A DNA stretch of 64,000 nt, taken from positions 16,446 to 80,445 of the forward strand of contig JANRLW010000062.1 of the NCBI GenBank assembly GCA_033762295.1. Direction: 5' to 3'. Shown piece after piece: positions 58,465-64,000 of the stretch. The translations under genes were made by a program, and so were the position numbers. This DNA is from Capsulimonadales bacterium. Lineage in GTDB: Bacteria; Armatimonadota; Armatimonadia; Armatimonadales; Armatimonadaceae. The notes beneath the pieces were generated by a model. That model saw only the letters and a list, made by a program, of their open reading frames with translations, was not told the DNA's origin and did no database searches. Position 1 is the stretch's first letter; every line of letters starts with the position of its first letter.

Positions 58465-59211
58465 CTACGGCGTTGCCGGTGCGGCCGGATCGATGACGCG
58501 TCCGATCGGATGGATACCGGCGTTGCTGGCCGGGATGTCGGTCTCGATGATACGGACATCGTTGATGGTCAGCACATCGCCCGCCATCTTCACGGTGACG
58601 GTCTTGCCGTTGATCGTCGGGTACTCCTTGCCCGCGCTCAGGCCCTTCACTTCGGACTTGAGCTGGTCGATGGTGTACTTGCCCTTGATGATGTGGTTGC
58701 CGAGCAACTGAGCGAGCATCGCCTTATTTTCCGGCTTGGAAAGTTCCTGGATCTTGGCATCGCCGAGATCGGCGAACGCGGCGTTGTTCGGGATGAACGC
58801 GGTAAATTCGCCCGGCTGTCGCAGTTCTTCCTTCAGACCGGCAAGGTCGGCATACTGAGCGAACTTGTTCAGGTCATCACGACCGTTGAGGACATCCCAG
58901 AGCGATTCGGTGCTGTCCTGATTGTTGTTATTATTGGTCGGCGTGCCGGCGGGAACCGAGCCACCACCGCCCGAAGCGCCACCGCCGCCACCGGAAACCG
59001 CCGGAGCCGTCGCCGTGGAGTACAGGCCATAACCGACGGCAATCGCCGCCACGCCACGAATGATGTTGCGACCCGTGCTGCCGGAACCCGACCGACCGCC
59101 GTAACCGTCGCGCGCGAGGGCGATGCCACCATTCATCGGAATCTGCGTCGCAATCGCTCCTGCAATCGTCAGCGCAACCGCGAAGCGAATGATGCGATTC
59201 TTCAACTCCAT
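58465..59211 (-). CDS. Secreted fasciclin (FAS1) domain protein
   Basis: Signal peptide; FTAFIPNNAAF; DIPASNAGIHPIGRVI; Gly/Asn linker. Confidence 0.92.
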   Translation of the reverse strand: MELKNRIIRFAVALTIAGAIATQIPMNGGIALARDGYGGRSGSGSTGRNIIRGVAAIAVGYGLYSTATAPAVSGGGGGASGGGGSVPAGTPTNNNNNQDSTESLWDVLNGRDDLNKFAQYADLAGLKEELRQPGEFTAFIPNNAAFADLGDAKIQELSKPENKAMLAQLLGNHIIKGKYTIDQLKSEVKGLSAGKEYPTINGKTVTVKMAGDVLTINDVRIIETDIPASNAGIHPIGRVIDPAAPATP

Positions 59212-59449
59212 GTCTTGCTCCCTTGTAACTTCCTGTATACCAGCCGAAAATCGAACCGACAGAGACGGAACGCACACCTGCGCTCCCGGCCTATCGAAGG
59301 TTATTATACCCGGATCGATTCCGAATCTAACCTGTTCCTTTCTCCGGAACAGGAATTTAGGATGCTCGTTTCGCCTTTGTCTGCCGAGAAATATTTCACC
59401 CTGTTTTCATGTCGGCAGTTATCCCACCGATTTGTAGCCGGTTCCAGGC

Positions 59450-60199
59450 TTATTTGCCTCCGGGGCGATACCGAACCAGTTCCTTTTCCACCAGAATATT
59501 ACCGACATACAGCCGTTGCCGGACCATTCCCACCCCCGGAGCGAACCAGCGCGTCATCGGAAACGCGAACGGCTTTCCCTCGATCGTCGTCCGGATGACC
59601 GTCTCCACCCGCCATGCCCCGAACTCGCCCGCCGGCGTCTTCACGATCTCCTGAGCGCTGACCCGACTGTACGCGGTCCCCGGCGTCCGCACCTTACGAA
59701 ACTGCAATACGCCGATCCAGTCCTGCTCCGCCCCCTCCCGCACCGGCAGACGCATCAACGGCAACGGCGGCACCATCGTGACCCGATCGCCCAGGCCGGC
59801 GGCTACCTGACGCACCTGCTCCGAGGAGACGTCGAAAATCTCCGCTCGAAACGGTTTTCCGTTCTTACGAATCTCAAATACCGTCCCCGGATTCGGTCCG
59901 TCGGACGTTTTTCCGACAATGACCTCCTCCTCTTCCTCGCGCAGCACCTGATCCTTGATCGCGTCGTCGATCACCTGACGGCGATGGGTCGTCACATGCC
60001 ACTGGAAACGGTCCTTCTCCCGCGTCGGCAACACCGGCCCGGCTTTCATCGGCACCGAAGGCGTCGGCTTACCCGGAATACGAATAAACGAGGTATCCGT
60101 TCCCTTATTCTCCGCGTGGTCCATCCCGCAGCCGGCGCAGGCCAGCAACGCCAGCGCTCCGATCCGCCCCCCGTGACGATCCGGTCGCACCCCTTTCAT
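59450..60199 (-). CDS. Putative lipoprotein, cassette copy B (DUF3108/TapB-like beta protein)
   Basis: Lipobox LACAGC; EIVKTPAGEF...RWFAPGVGMVR. Confidence 0.75.
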   Translation of the reverse strand: MKGVRPDRHGGRIGALALLACAGCGMDHAENKGTDTSFIRIPGKPTPSVPMKAGPVLPTREKDRFQWHVTTHRRQVIDDAIKDQVLREEEEEVIVGKTSDGPNPGTVFEIRKNGKPFRAEIFDVSSEQVRQVAAGLGDRVTMVPPLPLMRLPVREGAEQDWIGVLQFRKVRTPGTAYSRVSAQEIVKTPAGEFGAWRVETVIRTTIEGKPFAFPMTRWFAPGVGMVRQRLYVGNILVEKELVRYRPGGK

Positions 60200-60888
60200 T
60201 TCAACGGCTCCAATCCGGCGTCCCGGCGCAGCGCCTGGTAAATGGTTCGGGATATCTCCTCCACATTCCGTTGCGCCTGGACCCCATCGGGGTCATCCGG
60301 ACGGATAAACGCATGTATCCGCATCAGGCATGTCTGACGACCGATCACGACCGCGCCCAGGCCGGTGTCGAAACGCGCCAGCATATCCCGGTAGTTGCCC
60401 ATGCGGGCGGACGTATCCGTGCTGCCGTCCCGGCTCTGCTGCCAGTAGTACATCAGCATTCGCACCGCGCCATCCCGCCGACGAAAGATCATCGCGCGAA
60501 TCTTTCCGCTCCCCGGTCCGTCCAGGGGAAAGATCTCCCGCGCGGTCATCGAGAAGTTTCCCCCTCCGGCGATACAGACCATCGGGTCGTGGTAGTTCTC
60601 AAAAGGCCCGACCGCCATGACCGACGCATACACTCGCTCCCCCAACGGATTGACGTACATCTTGGAGATGGTCGGCGGATTCCCCAACCCTTCCAGAATT
60701 TCCGCCGCGATCGGTGAATCGATGCTCTCCCAGTGCCCGATCGTGTTCGGAATGGCCGGAACCCACTCCCCGGCGTGACGGAACCGGGCGGACGCGAAGC
60801 CGCCGAACAACGCCACCAGAAGGATCGCCACTCCCATCGCGGCCAGGGGACGCCGACCGGGAAATATCGGAGCGGTATCGGGAACCAT
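60196..60888 (-). CDS. Exosortase-associated EpsI-family protein, copy B
   Basis: TM anchor; IPNTIGHW, YHDPMVC..GGG, MYYWQQ. Confidence 0.8.
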   Translation of the reverse strand: MVPDTAPIFPGRRPLAAMGVAILLVALFGGFASARFRHAGEWVPAIPNTIGHWESIDSPIAAEILEGLGNPPTISKMYVNPLGERVYASVMAVGPFENYHDPMVCIAGGGNFSMTAREIFPLDGPGSGKIRAMIFRRRDGAVRMLMYYWQQSRDGSTDTSARMGNYRDMLARFDTGLGAVVIGRQTCLMRIHAFIRPDDPDGVQAQRNVEEISRTIYQALRRDAGLEPLK

Positions 60889-60923
60889 GACTTTCCACCT
60901 TTCCAAACCGCCGGAGCGACCGG

Positions 60924-62123
60924 CTAACGCCGCCGCCGCTTCCTGCGCGACAGCATACGGAATCCTTTTTCGATCGCCATCTCCGACCGTTTCCATCCGG
61001 CCGCCAGAACTCCGAACGGATTGACTCGAACGGGCGGCCGGCGCGGGGCGTGTTTCGGTCGATCGGCGACGGTCGCCGTCGGAGGCGCGACCACCGTGGA
61101 AGCGGGTGGCTCCGGCGCAGGTTCGGCGGTCGACACCGATGCTCTCCGAGGACGCGCCTTTTTCATCGCGCGACGTAACGCGACCTGACGCCCTGCCCGA
61201 GTCACTCCCGCCTCGATCGCCAGGCTCAACGCCAGCGATAGACCTCCCATCAACAGGAGAATCCAGCCGTTATGGGCCAGCAGACGGGAAAGCTCCGTGG
61301 CATTGCCCCCCATCATTCCGGCGACCATGACACGAATCAGGTTCAGTCCGGCAGTGAGCAGAACGCTCAACAGCAGAACGCTCAACAGCTCCGTCAGACG
61401 GAGCAGACTGAACCCTCCGGCCATTCCCCGGCAAAAGAGCAGCAGCAGGTTCAGGGACAGCACACCCAGGCCGGCCTGAGCGGACAGATAATCGACCGTA
61501 TACCCGCGTTCCGAAAAGATCAGCGTGTCCGCCTTGTCGGGAGAGGTATAGGCCGAGACGTGAAGCCACCGGAAAAGCGCGGCGGCGGCGCTCAGGGTTA
61601 CCCGACCGCAGAGACGCATGACCATTTCCGCGATCGAATCCGGCGGAGGAACGGCGAGCAGCGAAAAGGCCATCGACAGACCGAGCGCCTTCAGGATACG
61701 CGCCCCGAAAAACCGGTAGACGACTCCCCAGGCGATCAAGAGCAGTCCGATCACGGCCAGCCCTTTGATCTGTACCAGATGAGCAAACGCCAGAACGCCG
61801 ATTCCCAGAGCGAACGGCAGCGCGTTGCCACGCATCAGGAACCCCTGGCTCGACCGTTTACCGTACCGTTTCCAAACCTGGGTCACCCGGTCTCGCTTGG
61901 TCCACGCCAGATAGACCGCCAGTACCGGAACGAACGGCTGAAAAAACAGGACATACGCCGGGTTTGTCCACCGATTCCAGGACCAGACGAACGGCAACCA
62001 CCAGGCCAGCAGGTACGGGGCGAGTACGACCAGCCAGATCGCATGGCGTCGGAAAAACATCAGGCGCGGGTCCGTCGCCGTCGTCGGCGGGCTGTTTTCG
62101 ATCGTGGCGGCATTGGTCGACAT
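60924..62123 (-). CDS. Exosortase-family membrane protein, copy B, apparently lacking catalytic Cys
   Basis: Multi-TM; LLAVPPPD, SAQAG (expected xACSG), NLIRV, LAHNG. Confidence 0.75.
   Translation of the reverse strand: MSTNAATIENSPPTTATDPRLMFFRRHAIWLVVLAPYLLAWWLPFVWSWNRWTNPAYVLFFQPFVPVLAVYLAWTKRDRVTQVWKRYGKRSSQGFLMRGNALPFALGIGVLAFAHLVQIKGLAVIGLLLIAWGVVYRFFGARILKALGLSMAFSLLAVPPPDSIAEMVMRLCGRVTLSAAAALFRWLHVSAYTSPDKADTLIFSERGYTVDYLSAQAGLGVLSLNLLLLFCRGMAGGFSLLRLTELLSVLLLSVLLTAGLNLIRVMVAGMMGGNATELSRLLAHNGWILLLMGGLSLALSLAIEAGVTRAGRQVALRRAMKKARPRRASVSTAEPAPEPPASTVVAPPTATVADRPKHAPRRPPVRVNPFGVLAAGWKRSEMAIEKGFRMLSRRKRRRR
61357..61389. repeat. Exact 15-bp in-frame tandem duplication
   Basis: AGCAGAACGCTCAAC x2 plus AGC; encodes a repeated LLSVL. 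Confidence 0.9.
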
Positions 62124-62128
62124 AGCGG

Positions 62129-62866
62129 TTACTGTCCTCCGAAGCGGACGACTTCGGCGGAGGCCGGGTTTTTCATTTCCGCATACCCTCTCCGCACAAA
62201 TCCGACGCCGGGAGCGAACCAGCGGGCTGAAGGAAACTTGATCTGCCCGTCCCCCAGGGCGATCATCGTATCCACCCGGAGGGTCTTGAAGACGGCGGCG
62301 GGCGTCTGGACCGTCTCCTGCCCCGAAATTCGGGACAGGGCGCGGGCCGCCAGAGTCTCCCCACGGATCGTGAACGTTCCCGCCCAGTTCAGATAATCGC
62401 CTTCCCGCACCGGATATTTGAACAGCGGAACCGGGGGCGAATAGCGCATCAACTCCGAGTTCTCATCCTGGGCGGCGACCAGTTCCAGAACGGGACCGTT
62501 CATCCGGTAGACTTCGCGACGCCAGGTCTTCCCGTTTCTCAGGATTCGGATCTCGGTCGCGGCAATTCCGCCGACGGTGATCGGCCCATGAACCACATAG
62601 CGGTCACGGGTTACGGTCACCTCGCTCGACCCGACGTTCTGGCGGTAGGCCATCATCTCCCAGAAATTCCCCTTTTTCAGGGACAGGAGGGGATTGTCGA
62701 GTGTCGCCGTCATTGCCGTTCCGGAAGGACTCTCCAGAATCGCGATATCGGGGCCGGAGGGACGTATCTCGTTCTCGCATCCGGCCGAACCGACCGCCGC
62801 CAGCGCCGCCCAGACGCAGAGCGACCGACGGCTCCGGTTCCGTTTCGACCCGTCAGGAGGGGTCAT
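62129..62866 (-). CDS. Putative lipoprotein, cassette copy A
   Basis: Lipobox GSAGC; ETVQTPAAVF...RWFAPGVGFVR; paralogue of 59450..60199. Confidence 0.75.
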   Translation of the reverse strand: MTPPDGSKRNRSRRSLCVWAALAAVGSAGCENEIRPSGPDIAILESPSGTAMTATLDNPLLSLKKGNFWEMMAYRQNVGSSEVTVTRDRYVVHGPITVGGIAATEIRILRNGKTWRREVYRMNGPVLELVAAQDENSELMRYSPPVPLFKYPVREGDYLNWAGTFTIRGETLAARALSRISGQETVQTPAAVFKTLRVDTMIALGDGQIKFPSARWFAPGVGFVRRGYAEMKNPASAEVVRFGGQ

Positions 62867-63561
62867 GACCCGGTTCCTTTCCGTCCCTGCTCCTTCAACG
62901 AGTCATGGATCGCCCGGCAGACTTCATCCATGTTCCGGCGCGACTGGACACCGTTGCGATCATTCGGCAAAATACTGACCCAGACACGGACGACGCAGTT
63001 TTCCGTGCCCCGCAGGGTCGCCTCCGCGCCGAGACGAACGCGCGTCAGAAGGTCCTCTTTCTGCGTGAGAGATTCCGTCGCGCTCGTGCGGCCATCCCGA
63101 TACTGCACCCAGTAGTACATCAAGACGCGATCGTTGCCCTCGACGCCCCGAAACACCAGGCCGCGAACACCGCCGTCCTTACCGAAAAGCGGAATCTCCC
63201 GCTGTGCGGTCAGGCCGTAGCGATAACGCGCCATAAAGACTTTCGGGTCAAGATAGGATTCAAAATCGCTCGTCGCGAACACCTGCGCCTGAACCCGCTC
63301 CTCGAAGACGTTGGAGAACTCGACGCCCCGGCTGAGCGGGTTTCCGAGCGCTTCCAGTGCGATCCGGGGGACGTCCTTCCGAGCGCCGATCCAGCTACCG
63401 ATCTCGGTCGGCAGTTCGGGCAGCCACCGTCCCCGCTGCTGAAGGCGAATTCCGATCACAAAGAGCAGGATCGCCGTCACACCGAAGACGACCGTCAGGC
63501 CGACGAAGGTCGGACGATGGACCGGTATCGCGGTTTCCGCTCGCGGTACGGGAAGGGCCAT
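62863..63561 (-). CDS. Exosortase-associated EpsI-family protein, copy A
   Basis: LPTEIGSW, LEALGNP, MYYWVQYRDG; paralogue of 60196..60888. Confidence 0.78.
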   Translation of the reverse strand: MALPVPRAETAIPVHRPTFVGLTVVFGVTAILLFVIGIRLQQRGRWLPELPTEIGSWIGARKDVPRIALEALGNPLSRGVEFSNVFEERVQAQVFATSDFESYLDPKVFMARYRYGLTAQREIPLFGKDGGVRGLVFRGVEGNDRVLMYYWVQYRDGRTSATESLTQKEDLLTRVRLGAEATLRGTENCVVRVWVSILPNDRNGVQSRRNMDEVCRAIHDSLKEQGRKGTGS

Positions 63562-64000
63562 CAGCGTATTCCCTCTCCCTCACCGGGATGGCGAAGTTGG
63601 CGCGGACGGAACCGATCGACCAGCCAGCGTACCGGGAAGAACGCGATCAGAACCGGAATCCAGAAGCTGATCCGCCCGACGCCGGTGCCGAAATCGGGAT
63701 TGGAGTTGATCGCCACCGCCATGATCCACAGTCGAACGAAGTTGACGACCAGAGCCACCAGGAGGCCAAGAACCAGCAGAACGGGGTAGTTGTAGTATCG
63801 AACCCCCCGTCGCAGCGCCAGCCAGACCGTCAGTACCAGCACCGCGATGGAAACATTCAACCCGCTCAACTCCGAGGAGATGACCAGGTGGGTATTCGGC
63901 AGCGTGACCACATTTCCCATCGTGGCGACCTGCGGGAAGATCGGCCGAAGCGCGAGTCCCAGTCCCACCGCATTCCCTACCTGAAACGGCAACAGAACAT
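63561..64000 (-). CDS. Exosortase-family membrane protein, copy A, 5' truncated by window edge, apparently lacking catalytic Cys
   Basis: LPFQ...GNVVTLPNTHLVISSELSGL (expected ACSG)...VNFVRL. Confidence 0.75.
   Translation of the reverse strand, partial: VLLPFQVGNAVGLGLALRPIFPQVATMGNVVTLPNTHLVISSELSGLNVSIAVLVLTVWLALRRGVRYYNYPVLLVLGLLVALVVNFVRLWIMAVAINSNPDFGTGVGRISFWIPVLIAFFPVRWLVDRFRPRQLRHPGEGEGIR

Overview
GC-rich bacterial chromosomal segment, probably Armatimonadota (inferred from the '[15 protein letters not shown]' H-X9-DG prepilin, the GntR/LacI-type regulator and a PEP-CTERM-like protein). It holds about 62 CDS and two tRNAs (Ser-GCT and an uncommon Arg-GCG). No integrase, transposase or CRISPR array was seen. 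The left half carries mixed metabolic and stress genes: Bcp, a RIO1 kinase with a candidate leader-peptide attenuator, an HxlR/SnoaL/SDR cassette, an ECF sigma/anti-sigma/HtrA module with three matching candidate promoters, GH51, GH29 and a sugar ABC transporter. The right half is a surface-glycan region: gmhA/gmhB/hddA-like heptose genes, a priming phosphoglycosyltransferase, wzc, wza, a methyltransferase, a Wzy-like protein, five GT4s and an O-antigen-ligase-like protein. Facing it is a tandemly duplicated three-gene cassette [exosortase-like, EpsI-like, lipoprotein]. Both exosortase homologues appear to lack the catalytic Cys, and this is the best candidate for an undescribed system. All family calls come from reading motifs by eye; no database search was run.
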